Below, in pieces: positions 10,526-20,605 of a stretch of 64,000 bases of DNA. Positions within the stretch are counted from its first letter, which is position 1, and each line of letters starts with the position of its first letter. Position numbers and translations under genes: made by a program. The notes beneath the pieces were generated by a model that was not told the origin of the DNA, made no database searches, and worked only from the letters and a program-made list of their open reading frames with translations. The DNA comes from an uncultured Alphaproteobacteria bacterium (GTDB lineage Bacteria; Pseudomonadota; Alphaproteobacteria; RF32; CAG-239): contig CASFTO010000090.1 in the NCBI GenBank assembly GCA_949297665.1, positions 33,378-97,377 on the forward strand, written 5' to 3'.

Positions 10526-11533
10526 ATGAATTCGGTTCGTATTGCTTTCTTTGATATTGCTAAATTTATTGCCATGATGATGGTTATTTTAGGACACTTT
10601 GGTGTACCGGATATAAATCGATTTGTTTTTACTTTTCATATTCCTCTTTTTTTTCTTATCAGTGGATATTTTTTTACCCCTTATGAAAAAACTTTTTCTC
10701 TTTTGAAAATTAAAGCCAGGCAGCTTCTTGTTCCCTATTTGACTGTCATGTTTGCTGTTATTTTTATTTATATCTGTCAAAATTTTCTCGAAGGATATTC
10801 GGCTAAAAATACACTAATAGGGGTTATGGATTATTTTATCGGCTATTTATATGGTAGCGGTTATATTGATGACTTTTTAGGACAGCATATCGAAATTGTC
10901 GGACCGATTTGGTTTTGTTTAGCTCTTTTTTGGGATTTTATTTTACTTAATTACTTCTTAAAAACTAAACATCCTTTTGTGGGAATCTTATTATGTTTTA
11001 CGGTTGGATATGTATCAAGCTTTTTTATATGGCTTCCGCTTAGTATTCAATCTGCTCTGACATCTTTGCTTTTTTTCTATTTGGGATATCAATCTAAAAT
11101 TCACGATTTTTTCAATAAATCTATCCATGTGTCGCGAATTTTACCCTTATTGTGTATTTGGGGGGTTGGATTAAGTTATGGTAGTCAATTTCTAATTGTG
11201 CAAAATTTTGCGGTTTCTTTAGTTAGTGATGTTATTGTTGCTCTCGCCGCTTGTTATTTGGTTTTACTTTATTGCCAATGGTTAGAACATAATACTAAAT
11301 CTGCAAAAATTATGGCTTTTTTGGGGAGATACACAATTGTTATGCTTTGTTTTCATAGTATTGATGTCAATATTATGCCGTGGAATGAATATTTCAAAAC
11401 GCCAAATACAACCAGTACTGTTATTTTGATAAAAATATTGATTACTTTTATTAAATTTTTGTTTCCTATATTTGGCGCTTTAATTGTTGCAAAATCTTCA
11501 ATATTAAGGAAATTCTTTGCTTTGAAAAATTAG
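10526..11533 (+). CDS. Acyltransferase 3 family integral membrane protein (OafA/OpgC-like)
   Basis: Multi-TM protein with N-terminal [18 protein letters not shown] and FFLISGYFF signatures of the acyltransferase_3 family. RBS AAGGAG precedes the ATG at 10526. The ORF track starts earlier at 10505. Confidence 0.75.
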   Translation: MNSVRIAFFDIAKFIAMMMVILGHFGVPDINRFVFTFHIPLFFLISGYFFTPYEKTFSLLKIKARQLLVPYLTVMFAVIFIYICQNFLEGYSAKNTLIGVMDYFIGYLYGSGYIDDFLGQHIEIVGPIWFCLALFWDFILLNYFLKTKHPFVGILLCFTVGYVSSFFIWLPLSIQSALTSLLFFYLGYQSKIHDFFNKSIHVSRILPLLCIWGVGLSYGSQFLIVQNFAVSLVSDVIVALAACYLVLLYCQWLEHNTKSAKIMAFLGRYTIVMLCFHSIDVNIMPWNEYFKTPNTTSTVILIKILITFIKFLFPIFGALIVAKSSILRKFFALKN

Positions 11534-12783
11534 CTGTTCATATTATCAAAGAAATCGCGGTTATCTTTCGATTGACGCAACTTATCAAGTAAAAATTCCA
11601 TTCCGTCGGTCATACCCATTTGCATCAAAACACGGCGCAATACCCACATTTTTGTTAAAGTTGCTTTATCAACCAGTAATTCTTCTTTTCTGGTGCCTGA
11701 ACGTGTTATATCAATTGTCGGGAATAATCGCTTATCCGTTAATTTTCTATCCAAGATAATTTCTGAGTTACCTGTTCCTTTGAATTCTTCAAAAATAACT
11801 TCATCCATTCTTGAACCGGTATCTATCAAAGCGGTTGCAATTATTGTTAAAGAACCTCCTTCTTCAACATTTCGAGCTGCACCTAATAATCTTTTCGGGC
11901 GTTGTAGAGCATTCGCATCTACGCCACCCGTTAAAACTTTTCCAGATGATGGTAAAACCGTATTATAAGCTCTACCTAAACGAGTTATTGAATCCAACAA
12001 AATGACAACATCTTTTTTAGTTTCAACCAAACGTTTTGCTTTCTCTATAACCATTTCTGCAACTTGCACATGACGAACAGCTGGTTCATCAAAAGTTGAC
12101 GATATAACTTCTCCTTTAACTGAACGTGTCATATCAGTAACTTCTTCGGGGCGTTCGTCTATTAATAAAACTATTAAGTAAATTTCCGGATGATTTATTG
12201 CAATGGCATGCGCTATATTTTGCAACATTACCGTTTTACCAGTTCTAGGCGGAGCGACGATTAATCCGCGTTGTCCTTTTCCTTGCGGTGATATTAAATC
12301 AATAACTCGTGTTGTATAATCCTTTTCTCCGCAAATTATATCAAAATTCAGTTTTTCCGTCGGATATAGCGGTGTTAAATTATCAAAATTTATGCGCAGT
12401 TTAGATTTTTCCGGATCATCGTAGTTGATTGTATTTATTTTAGTTAGCGCGAAATATCTTTCATTTTCTTTTGGGGCTCTAATTTCGCCTTCAACAGTAT
12501 CTCCGGTTCTTAATCCATAGCGTTTAACTTGTTGAGGGGATACATATATGTCGTCTGCTGATGCTAGATAATTTGATTTTGATGAACGTAAAAAACCAAA
12601 ACCGTCTTGCATTACTTCTATAACACCATCGCCATAAAGTATGTGATCGTCTTCAGCAACTTTTTTCATAATGGCAAAAATTAAGTCTTGAACACGCATG
12701 GATGATGCGTCTTCTACTCCCAACTCTTCCGCTTGACTTAAGAGTTGTTTGGGAGATTTATCCTTTAAATCTTTTAAATGCAT
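11530..12783 (-). CDS. rho: Transcription termination factor Rho
   Basis: 417 aa; Walker A PPRTGKT; RNA-binding N-terminus; high similarity pattern to Rho. Confidence 0.95.
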   Translation of the reverse strand: MHLKDLKDKSPKQLLSQAEELGVEDASSMRVQDLIFAIMKKVAEDDHILYGDGVIEVMQDGFGFLRSSKSNYLASADDIYVSPQQVKRYGLRTGDTVEGEIRAPKENERYFALTKINTINYDDPEKSKLRINFDNLTPLYPTEKLNFDIICGEKDYTTRVIDLISPQGKGQRGLIVAPPRTGKTVMLQNIAHAIAINHPEIYLIVLLIDERPEEVTDMTRSVKGEVISSTFDEPAVRHVQVAEMVIEKAKRLVETKKDVVILLDSITRLGRAYNTVLPSSGKVLTGGVDANALQRPKRLLGAARNVEEGGSLTIIATALIDTGSRMDEVIFEEFKGTGNSEIILDRKLTDKRLFPTIDITRSGTRKEELLVDKATLTKMWVLRRVLMQMGMTDGMEFLLDKLRQSKDNRDFFDNMNS

Positions 12784-13298
12784 GGATTAAACCTATTGGG
12801 TAAGAATTTTTTAAGAATTTAATGTTAGTTTCTTTATAAGAGTTTTTTTTAAGATGTCAATTTAAAATGTTTTTTTGAAAAGTTTTGTTTTTTCTTTCAA
12901 AAGGGGGGTAGTTTTAGGTGATGTCGAAAAGTTATAAACAGGAAAAAGTGCCAAACATTTATTTTTAAATAATTTTTTTGTTATTTGTTTATCCTTGTTA
13001 ATTGTGTTGATAACTTTTTTGTAAACAGTTTTTTGCAGATTTTTTTGTAGTTGTTTAAAAGGCTGTGCAGGACTCCAAAAATTTGTTTTAAAATCAATTT
13101 TTTGATTAAATCGTTTTTCTTGTGGGTAAAGGTAACTTATCAACATATTTCACAAGATGGAATAAGTTCCTAAAAAATGTTTATAACTTGGGTTTATTTT
13201 TTGGCTTAATGGTGATTATTTGTTAATTGTTTTTTAAACAGTTTAGTTATGCACAGAGTTGCTTCTTTTTGTGCATAAAAATAAAATTTGAGGATGAC

Positions 13299-13871
13299 AT
13301 GATTTTTGTTGCTATTACGGGTTCTATTGGATGTGGCAAGACAACAGTTGCTCATATCTTAAGAAAACTAGGTTATTTGGTTTATGATGCGGATAAATGG
13401 GTGAAATTTTTATATTTTAAACAAGATTTTTTGTGTGAAATTCAGAAAAATTTTCCGCAGGTTTTTGTGAATGGAATTTTTAATAAAAAAATGTTGCGCA
13501 CTGTTGTTTTTCAAAATCCTAAACAATTGAAAATTCTTGAAAATCTAATCCATCCTTTTTTAACAAAAAAATTACGACAAATTATTCGTTATCGGCGTAA
13601 TGAAGGAATTGTTTTTTTTGAAGCGCCACTGCTGTTTGAATTAGGATGGGATAAGTTTTTTAATTACGTTATTGTAGCTGATGTGGAATATGAAATTCAA
13701 AAAGAACGAGTTATGAAAAGAGATAAAATTTCTGAAGATGAATTTATTAGAATCAATTCCTTACAAATGCCTAGGTGTGACAAAATTTGTCGTGCAGATA
13801 TGGTAATTGATACTGGGGTGGGTTTAGATAAATTAAGAAGAAATATTGTACAGATGTTGGGAGTTTTTTGA
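13299..13871 (+). CDS. coaE: Dephospho-CoA kinase
   Basis: P-loop ITGSIGCGKTT directly follows the ATG at 13299 with RBS GAGGA. The ORF track extends this to 13227 over a hairpin, which is unlikely to be real. Position upstream of dnaQ is typical for alphaproteobacteria. Confidence 0.85.
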   Translation: MIFVAITGSIGCGKTTVAHILRKLGYLVYDADKWVKFLYFKQDFLCEIQKNFPQVFVNGIFNKKMLRTVVFQNPKQLKILENLIHPFLTKKLRQIIRYRRNEGIVFFEAPLLFELGWDKFFNYVIVADVEYEIQKERVMKRDKISEDEFIRINSLQMPRCDKICRADMVIDTGVGLDKLRRNIVQMLGVF

Positions 13872-13872
13872 G

Positions 13873-14598
13873 ATGCAAGGTATTCGTGAAATTGTTTTTG
13901 ATACGGAAACGACTGGTTTTGATCCGGAAACAGGGGATAAATTGGTTGAAATTGGAGCTGTCGAACTTATTAATCATGTTCCAACTGGTAGAACATATCA
14001 TCAATATATTAATCCTGAAAGAGAAGTACCTGAAGAAGTTGTTAAAGTACATGGATTAACGACAGAATATTTAAAAGATTTTCCAAATTTTGCGGCGGTT
14101 GCTCAGGATTTTATCGATTTTGTCGGCGATGATGGTATTTTGGTTGCGCATAACGCAACGTTTGATATGAAGTTTATTAATTTTGAACTTCGTCATCTCG
14201 GATTTGAAGGATATAGCTGGGATAGAGTGATTGATACTTTGGAAATTGCTAAAAATAAATTTCCAGGGCAACGAAATAATTTGGATGTACTTTGCAAAAG
14301 ATTTGGAATTGATAATTCAGCCAGAACATTTCACGGAGCTTTACTTGATGCTCAATTATTGGCGGAAGTGTATTTGGAATTACTGGGAGGGGCTGAACCG
14401 TCAATGGAATTGGATGCTGTTCCAGCTGCTAAGAAAGAACAGCATGTGGAAACAAAAGAAGTGCAGCGTGTTTATAGGGAACCGAGAAATTTTCCTTTGA
14501 CAGAGGAGCAAATCGCTTTGCATCGAGATTTTTTAACACAAAATATAAAAGATTCACTTTGGCTTTCTGATGAAAAAAAAGAAGAGGCGGCTCAGTAA
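13873..14598 (+). CDS. dnaQ: DNA polymerase III epsilon subunit (3'-5' proofreading exonuclease)
   Basis: Exo I motif FDTETTG; Exo II and Exo III motifs are present (HNATFD, HGALLDA). Confidence 0.9.
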   Translation: MQGIREIVFDTETTGFDPETGDKLVEIGAVELINHVPTGRTYHQYINPEREVPEEVVKVHGLTTEYLKDFPNFAAVAQDFIDFVGDDGILVAHNATFDMKFINFELRHLGFEGYSWDRVIDTLEIAKNKFPGQRNNLDVLCKRFGIDNSARTFHGALLDAQLLAEVYLELLGGAEPSMELDAVPAAKKEQHVETKEVQRVYREPRNFPLTEEQIALHRDFLTQNIKDSLWLSDEKKEEAAQ

Positions 14599-15299
14599 TG
14601 TTTTATTTTTCTAATGTAAAAGGACGTAAAGTCTTAAAATCAGATTTTTTAAATGATGTGGAGCATTTTTTTACGACGCGTGAATTATGTCTTTTTGCTA
14701 AAGAAGATGATATGTCCGACAATAGGAAATTGATTGAAAATTATTTAGGACAGAAAATGGCAACCAATCAACCTGTTCATGGTACGCATATTGCAACAGT
14801 TGAGGATAATAATTTTTTTTATAGTCAGACTGATGGTTTGCTTATTTCTAAAGGGCAGGCGGCTTTTATGAATTTTGGGGACTGCGTTCCTATAATTTTT
14901 TATGTAAATAATATGGGAGTTATTGCACATGCCGGTTGGCGAGGAACAGTTCAATGTATGGCTAAAGTTGCTGTTGAAAAGCTGATAAGAGAGTATGGCA
15001 TTAAAGCTCAAGATATTAAAGCTGTTATTGGACCTGCAATTTGTTCTAAATGTTATGAAGTAGGGCAAGATGTTTTTGCTCAGTTGTATAAGACGGTTGC
15101 TAATCATTTTGAGGGGTTTTATCATAAGGATAATAAGTATTTTGTTGGGCTTAAAGAAATTAATAAACAACAATTGCTAGAGTGTGGAGTTGGCCAAATA
15201 GACGTTTGTCCTTATTGTACGGCATGTGGTGAAAAGTTATTTTATTCTTATCGCTTTGAGAAAACGGGGTATAGACATAGTGCTGTGTTAAAGTTATAG
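14598..15299 (+). CDS. pgeF: Purine nucleoside phosphorylase / laccase-domain protein PgeF (YfiH, DUF152)
   Basis: Cu-oxidase_4 family signature (GDCVPI, HAGWRG, C-terminal Cys cluster CPYCTAC). Confidence 0.8.
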   Translation: MFYFSNVKGRKVLKSDFLNDVEHFFTTRELCLFAKEDDMSDNRKLIENYLGQKMATNQPVHGTHIATVEDNNFFYSQTDGLLISKGQAAFMNFGDCVPIIFYVNNMGVIAHAGWRGTVQCMAKVAVEKLIREYGIKAQDIKAVIGPAICSKCYEVGQDVFAQLYKTVANHFEGFYHKDNKYFVGLKEINKQQLLECGVGQIDVCPYCTACGEKLFYSYRFEKTGYRHSAVLKL

Positions 15300-15324
15300 C
15301 TATCTTGTTTCGAACAAGATAGCT
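15298..15324. terminator. Perfect 12-bp inverted repeat (agctatcttgtt / aacaagatagct) between convergent pgeF and the outer-membrane protein gene; no U-tract
   Basis: Read directly from the sequence. Confidence 0.4.
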
Positions 15325-15332
15325 ATAATTTA

Positions 15333-15986
15333 TTAAAATAGATATCGTATTCCTAGAGATAATTCACTTATATTTTTAATGTAATCTTGTTTATGGTTTA
15401 GCATTGTTGTATATCTTCCCATGATTCGAATAGCCCAATTTGAATTGATATTAAATTGTAATCCAAGACCAGTTCTCATTCCTAGCGACTCCGCATTGTC
15501 ATTATCTTCGTAATATTGATTTAAGTGAGAAGCTTTGCCATTTATATCAAAGTCATAGTAGGCTAATCCTAGGGCCATGAGTATTTCAATATCTTTGTCT
15601 ATTGGTTGATATAGTAGTAAATCTCCTCCTAAAGCGAGATATTCAATGTTTGTTTCGATTGAATCGGGATAATAGGCTATTTTTTTGCTCTCATTGCTCG
15701 ATTTTTGTAAAAAAGCTTCTAATCCTATTTTAGGTGTGAAGCGGGAACCAAAATTTACACTGATTGTATTGTATTTGTCAGCTGCAATTTCTTTATAAGA
15801 GATATTTTCATCTTTATCAAAATCTATCCAAGATTGTCCTATATCTATTCCTAGTGAATATTTTGGGTATGTATTTGTTGTTGTATATAGTGGTTGAGAT
15901 GATGGGTGGGGAATATGCCAGTTTGAGGCAAATACGTTACCGGTTAGTAAAGTGAATATCCCGGCTATGAATATTATATTTTTCAT
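15333..15986 (-). CDS. Outer-membrane beta-barrel protein (OmpA-like/OmpW-like 8-strand barrel family)
   Basis: Signal peptide MKNIIFIAGIFTLLTGNVFA. Alternating amphipathic strands and a C-terminal ...GIRYLF ending in Phe, typical of outer-membrane barrels. Confidence 0.7.
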   Translation of the reverse strand: MKNIIFIAGIFTLLTGNVFASNWHIPHPSSQPLYTTTNTYPKYSLGIDIGQSWIDFDKDENISYKEIAADKYNTISVNFGSRFTPKIGLEAFLQKSSNESKKIAYYPDSIETNIEYLALGGDLLLYQPIDKDIEILMALGLAYYDFDINGKASHLNQYYEDNDNAESLGMRTGLGLQFNINSNWAIRIMGRYTTMLNHKQDYIKNISELSLGIRYLF

Positions 15987-16020
15987 ATCAAACTTCCTTT
16001 TTTCTAGTGGTTAAAGAAAA

Positions 16021-16196
16021 AGTCATCTTGCAAAAGATGACTGGAAGTTGAAAGCTATGATTAGTATAGTGCGGTATATTCACCGCGTAGGCTTATTTTA
16101 CCGCCTTCCAGTCTTCGACTGAAGGCATGTAAAAGTTTCGTCTTTACATGTAGACGCTAATCAGGAGGCTTTCAAACCTCAGAATATTTTTTTATA
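16021..16196 (+). ncRNA. Candidate structured RNA element (sRNA or structured leader): five consecutive stem-loops followed by a U-run
   Basis: Hairpins at 16021-16042 (9 bp perfect), about 16070-16085, 16103-16126 (10 bp), 16126-16150 (9 bp) and 16165-16180, then TTTTTTT at 16186-16193. Strand and function are unknown. Confidence 0.3.
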
Positions 16197-16400
16197 TTCC
16201 TTTTTCATTTTAGAAAAATAGAGCTTAATATTTAGTAAATATTTGATTGTTAAAACAAGGTGCAACAGTAAGTTTTTGCTTGAATATTCTTTTTTAGTAG
16301 TATAACTTCTTTCCAGAATTAATCGTTCTGCCGTTGGAACTTTTTAGTAAAGTTTCAGACGGTTGTTTTTAACTAATAAGCTGATAGGAGCTGAATAACC

Positions 16401-19100
16401 ATGAGTAAATGGGTATATACATTTGGTGATGGCAAAGCCGAAGGCGATGCTAGCATGCGTAATCTCCTCGGCGGTAAAGGTGCTAACTTGGCAGAAATGA
16501 ACAAAGTTGGTTTGCCTGTTCCTCCGGGATTTACTGTTACAACTGAAGTTTGTACATATTATTACAATAACAATAAAACTTATCCTGCTGATTTGAAAGA
16601 TCAAGTTAGAGCAGGTGTTGCTCATGTTGAAAGTATTATGGGCAAGAAATTTGCTGATGCAAATAATCCGTTGTTGTTCTCTGTTCGTTCCGGTGCAAGA
16701 GTTTCTATGCCGGGTATGATGGATACTGTTTTGAACCTTGGTTTGAATGATGAAACAGTTAAAGCTTTGGCTAAAGCTTCCGGAAGCGAAAGATTTGCTT
16801 ATGACTCTTATCGCCGTTTCTTGCAAATGTTCTCTGACGTGGTTTTGGGCGCTGATTTGGATTTGTATGAAGAAGCTTTGGATAATATGAAAAAAGCTAA
16901 AGGATATAAATCTGATACAGATTTGACTGCTGATGACCTTAAAGAATTAGTAAAAGAATATAAAGAAATTGGTCAAAAAATCGGTAAAGTAGTTCCTCAA
17001 GATCCATGGGAACAATTATGGGCAGGTATTGGTGCCGTATTCGGTTCTTGGATGGTTGATCGTGCTATTACCTATCGTAAATTAAATAACATTCCTGGTG
17101 ACTGGGGTACAGCTGTTAACGTTCAGACCATGGTGTTTGGTAATGCTGGTGACGATTGCGCTACCGGTGTTTGCTTCTCTCGTGACCCTGCTACCGGTGA
17201 AAATGTTTACTATGGTGAATATCTTGTAAATGCTCAAGGTGAAGACGTTGTTGCAGGTATTCGTACTCCGCAACCTATGGCTTCTAAGGGTGATGGTAAT
17301 TCTTTGGAAGAAAAATGGCCTCACCTTTATAAAGAATTAGTAGATGTTCGTAATAACCTCGAAGCTCACTATAAAGATATGCAAGATATGGAATTTACTA
17401 TTGAACATGGTAAACTCTGGATGTTGCAATGCCGTAATGGTAAAAGAACTGCCGCTGCTGCTGTTCGTATGGCTGTTGAAATGTATGAAGAAGGTATGCT
17501 TTCTAAAGAAGAAGCTATCATGCGCGTAGGTGCTGATCAACTTGATCAATTGTTGCACCCAATGCTTGATCCTAAAGCTGAAAAGAAAGTTATTGCTACA
17601 GGTCTTCCTGCTTCTCCAGGTGCTGCTGTAGGTCGTGCTGTATTTAATGCAGAAGATGCTGAAGCTTGGGCAGCTAAAGGTGAAAAAGTTATCCTTATCC
17701 GTAACGAAACATCTCCAGAAGATATTGGCGGTATGCATGCTTCTCAAGGTGTGATTACAGCTCGTGGGGGTATGACTTCTCACGCTGCCGTTGTTGCTCG
17801 TGGTATGGGTACTCCTTGTGTTTCCGGTTCTACAGATATTGTTATTGATTACAAAGCTAAAACAATGTCTACTAAATCCGGTGTTGTAATTAAAGAAGGT
17901 GATTGGGTTTCTTTGGATGGTGCTAAAGGCCAAATCATTGAAGGAAAAATTCCAACAGTTCAAGTTGAAATGACCGGTAACTTCGGTAAATTAATGACTT
18001 GGGTTGATGAAATCAAAACTATGAAAGTTCGTGCTAACGCTGAAACTCCGAAAGATGCTAAACAAGCTCGTGATTTCGGTGCTGAAGGTATTGGTTTGGC
18101 TCGTACAGAACATATGTTCTTTGATGCTAATCGTATTGCTGATATGCGCGCTATGATTTTGTCTGATAACGAAGCTGGTCGTCGTGCTGCATTGGCTCGT
18201 TTATTGCCATACCAAAAACAAGACTTTATTGACTTGTTCACAATTATGGATGGTCTGCCAGTTACAGTTCGTTTGTTAGACCCACCGTTGCACGAATTCT
18301 TACCGCATACAGATGCTGAAATGAAAGAATTAGCTGATAAAATGGGTATGACTTTGGAGCAAGTTAAAACTCGTTCTGAAAAATTGCACGAACAAAACCC
18401 GATGTTAGGTCACCGTGGTTGCCGTTTGGCTGTTACATATCCTGAAATTGCTGAAATGCAAGCTACTGCTATCTTAGAAGCTGCTTTGGAGTGCCAAGAA
18501 AAAGGTATTAAAGTAACTCCGGAAATCGAAGTTCCTTTGACAGGTTCTAAGAAAGAATTAGACATCGTTAAAAACGTTATTGATGAAACAGCTCAAAAAG
18601 TATTTGCAGCTAAAGGTAAGAAAATTGACTACCTCGTTGGTACAATGATTGAATTGCCTCGTGCAGCTTTGATGGCTGAAGAAATTGCAGAATCTGCTGG
18701 TTTCTTTGGTTTTGGTACAAACGATCTTACTCAAACAACTTTGGGTATGAGCCGTGACGATACCGGTGCTATCTTAGACGAATACAGAGCTAAAGGCGTA
18801 TATGTAGCTGATCCATTTGCTTCTATTGATGTTGATGGTGTTGGTAAATTGGTTCGCCGTGCAGCTGTTCATGGTCGTATGACAAATCCAGATTTGCACT
18901 TAGGTGTTTGCGGTGAACACGGTGGTGATCCTGCTTCTATTGAATTCTTCAATTCTGTAGGTTTGGATTACGTTTCTTGTTCTCCGTTCCGTGTACCTGT
19001 TGCACGTTTAGCTGCTGCTCAAGCTGCTGTTAAGCAAAAAGGACAACCTAAGGCTGTTGATGCAGCTAAAGAAGGTTGCTGCTGCAAAAAGGCTTGCTAA
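16401..19100 (+). CDS. ppdK: Pyruvate, phosphate dikinase
   Basis: 899 aa; phosphohistidine domain GGMTSHAAVVARGMG; PEP-utilising C-terminal domain; unusual C-terminal tail ...EGCCCKKAC. Confidence 0.95.
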   Translation: MSKWVYTFGDGKAEGDASMRNLLGGKGANLAEMNKVGLPVPPGFTVTTEVCTYYYNNNKTYPADLKDQVRAGVAHVESIMGKKFADANNPLLFSVRSGARVSMPGMMDTVLNLGLNDETVKALAKASGSERFAYDSYRRFLQMFSDVVLGADLDLYEEALDNMKKAKGYKSDTDLTADDLKELVKEYKEIGQKIGKVVPQDPWEQLWAGIGAVFGSWMVDRAITYRKLNNIPGDWGTAVNVQTMVFGNAGDDCATGVCFSRDPATGENVYYGEYLVNAQGEDVVAGIRTPQPMASKGDGNSLEEKWPHLYKELVDVRNNLEAHYKDMQDMEFTIEHGKLWMLQCRNGKRTAAAAVRMAVEMYEEGMLSKEEAIMRVGADQLDQLLHPMLDPKAEKKVIATGLPASPGAAVGRAVFNAEDAEAWAAKGEKVILIRNETSPEDIGGMHASQGVITARGGMTSHAAVVARGMGTPCVSGSTDIVIDYKAKTMSTKSGVVIKEGDWVSLDGAKGQIIEGKIPTVQVEMTGNFGKLMTWVDEIKTMKVRANAETPKDAKQARDFGAEGIGLARTEHMFFDANRIADMRAMILSDNEAGRRAALARLLPYQKQDFIDLFTIMDGLPVTVRLLDPPLHEFLPHTDAEMKELADKMGMTLEQVKTRSEKLHEQNPMLGHRGCRLAVTYPEIAEMQATAILEAALECQEKGIKVTPEIEVPLTGSKKELDIVKNVIDETAQKVFAAKGKKIDYLVGTMIELPRAALMAEEIAESAGFFGFGTNDLTQTTLGMSRDDTGAILDEYRAKGVYVADPFASIDVDGVGKLVRRAAVHGRMTNPDLHLGVCGEHGGDPASIEFFNSVGLDYVSCSPFRVPVARLAAAQAAVKQKGQPKAVDAAKEGCCCKKAC

Positions 19101-19123
19101 TTATTTAGTCTAGCTTATTTGGA

Positions 19124-19151
19124 ACCCCGCTCTGATAAGAGTGGGGTTTTT
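19124..19151 (+). terminator. Rho-independent terminator after ppdK
   Basis: ccccgctc-tgataa-gagtgggg followed by TTTTTT. Confidence 0.8.
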
Positions 19152-19264
19152 TGTATATATCTTTTATTTTTGTTTGATAAGATTTTTTTCTGACCTCATT
19201 ATAAATATAGATATATGGCTTAGTTTGCTAATATGTTCAAAATTTAAATGTAAGGGGGTTTGAA

Positions 19265-19771
19265 ATGGATAAAAGAGTGCAAAGTATTATAGATACAGTT
19301 AAGACAGAAGCTCTTAAATTGAAGGATATTGAAAAAGATAAAGCTGTTGCTATGCAGGTTGTAGCTGATTTGAAAAATGAAATTTTAAAACTTAAGGATT
19401 TAAATGCCGATAAATTTAAAAATGCTTTTAATAGCTATTTTGTAGAGTATTTGGCAAAGAATTATTTGACATTTGATGGTAGGGTTTCTCGCCGTCAGTA
19501 TTGGATGTTTGCTTTGTTTTCTGTTTTAGTTAGTTTTGTTATTGGATTAATTGGAGGGATTGTTCCTATTTTGAGTATTTTTTCTTTACTCTATGTTTTG
19601 GCTTTATGTGTTCCCAGTGTTGGTTTAGGTATCCGGCGTTTACATGATTTAGGTTTGTCCGGGTGGTTTTTCTTGATTGCTCTTATTCCTTATATAGGTG
19701 GTTTATTTTTAGTTGTTTTGTTTTGTATTCCTGGTGAAAATAAAGCTAATGAATATGGTGATAAAAAATAA
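19265..19771 (+). CDS. DUF805 family inner-membrane protein with an N-terminal coiled-coil extension
   Basis: GRVSRRQYW ... RRLHDLGLSGWF motifs of the DUF805 (YhaH-like) family; about 70 aa charged helical N-terminal region. Confidence 0.7.
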   Translation: MDKRVQSIIDTVKTEALKLKDIEKDKAVAMQVVADLKNEILKLKDLNADKFKNAFNSYFVEYLAKNYLTFDGRVSRRQYWMFALFSVLVSFVIGLIGGIVPILSIFSLLYVLALCVPSVGLGIRRLHDLGLSGWFFLIALIPYIGGLFLVVLFCIPGENKANEYGDKK

Positions 19772-19805
19772 TAGCGTTTCTTGTAAAAATGTCTTTATAT
19801 GAAGA

Positions 19806-19837
19806 AAACCCCGTTTTTTATGCGGGGTTTTTGTTTT
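19806..19837. terminator. Bidirectional intrinsic terminator between convergent genes
   Basis: aaaccccg-loop-cggggttt flanked by an A-run and a T-run. Confidence 0.75.
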
Positions 19838-20539
19838 TTAATATTCTATAAGAAATAATATTATTAAAGTTGAAATCACAATGGAGGGACCATAAGCATC
19901 TTGGCGTTTTTTATTGATAAAGCAACTTATTGCAAAAATTAGGCATGATAGGAGAATAACATAGGGTATATTGCTGAATCCTAACCATGCTCCGATTGCT
20001 GCTAGTAATTTTATGTCACCACCTCCAAAAGCGTCTGGATGCTTTTTTATTATAAATAGAGAGGCAATAACCGGAATTATATATCCTCCTAATGCGCCTA
20101 GTGCACTATTTGCTGTTGAAGATGCAATGTCATAGCCTAAACAATTTCCGGCAAAGGTAGCGTATAAGAAACCAACAATTAATAATGGAACTGTCAATAT
20201 ATCTGGCAATAAGAACATTCTTTTATCAATTTCCATGAGCATGAATAGAATAATAATTAAAAATGTAATCCATGGAGTTTCTTGAGTTGGAAGAACTTGC
20301 GATGCTAAAAAAATCACAGCAGAGGTAATAATTCCCCAACCAAGTGAACGCATAAAATATCTGTGGCACAGAAGTTGGTATTTGTGATTATTCTTTCTTT
20401 TGGCATAAGAAACGCTTTTGTTTATATGAAAGATTCTATATAAAGCATATGCTAAAGTTGCCGGCATAAATTTTGAGAAACGTCGCGCTAAATAGGGAAT
20501 TGTGAAGCCAAAAACAAAGCCTATGATTATGTATAACAT
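19838..20539 (-). CDS. Prepilin peptidase, A24 family (Flp/Tad-type CpaA-like)
   Basis: Multi-TM protein with the GGGDIKLLAAIGAWLG motif characteristic of A24 prepilin peptidases. Confidence 0.75.
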   Translation of the reverse strand: MLYIIIGFVFGFTIPYLARRFSKFMPATLAYALYRIFHINKSVSYAKRKNNHKYQLLCHRYFMRSLGWGIITSAVIFLASQVLPTQETPWITFLIIILFMLMEIDKRMFLLPDILTVPLLIVGFLYATFAGNCLGYDIASSTANSALGALGGYIIPVIASLFIIKKHPDAFGGGDIKLLAAIGAWLGFSNIPYVILLSCLIFAISCFINKKRQDAYGPSIVISTLIILFLIEY

Positions 20540-20605
20540 ACTTTATCTCCTAGATTTAATTTGCTTTCAGCTTAACATTGATTGGTAAATTTTTATTGAA
20601 TAGTT

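Noticed and set aside
12862-13146. 94 aa minus-strand ORF in the rho/coaE intergenic region
   Set aside because: Lys/Phe-rich translation of a T-rich promoter region with no start context. It is more likely part of the rho leader.
3000-13300. Possible chromosomal origin because of the mnmG-rsmG-parAB cluster
   Set aside because: No cluster of DnaA boxes (TTATCCACA-like) was seen in the intergenic regions. In alphaproteobacteria oriC is usually near hemE rather than next to parAB, so no origin is called.
15298-15324. 12-bp perfect palindrome as a protein-binding operator
   Set aside because: It sits exactly between two convergent stop codons, which fits a terminator/3'-end stabiliser role better. 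There is no U-tract, so confidence as a terminator is low.
16165-16196. Clean intrinsic terminator at the end of the structured element
   Set aside because: The final hairpin before the U-run has only a 4-5 bp GC stem, so it is not annotated as a confident terminator and stays part of the candidate RNA element.
16344-18241. Several minus-strand ORFs (160, 80, 208, 93 aa)
   Set aside because: They are antisense to the strongly supported ppdK and are Ser/Thr/Asn-rich artefacts of the opposite strand.
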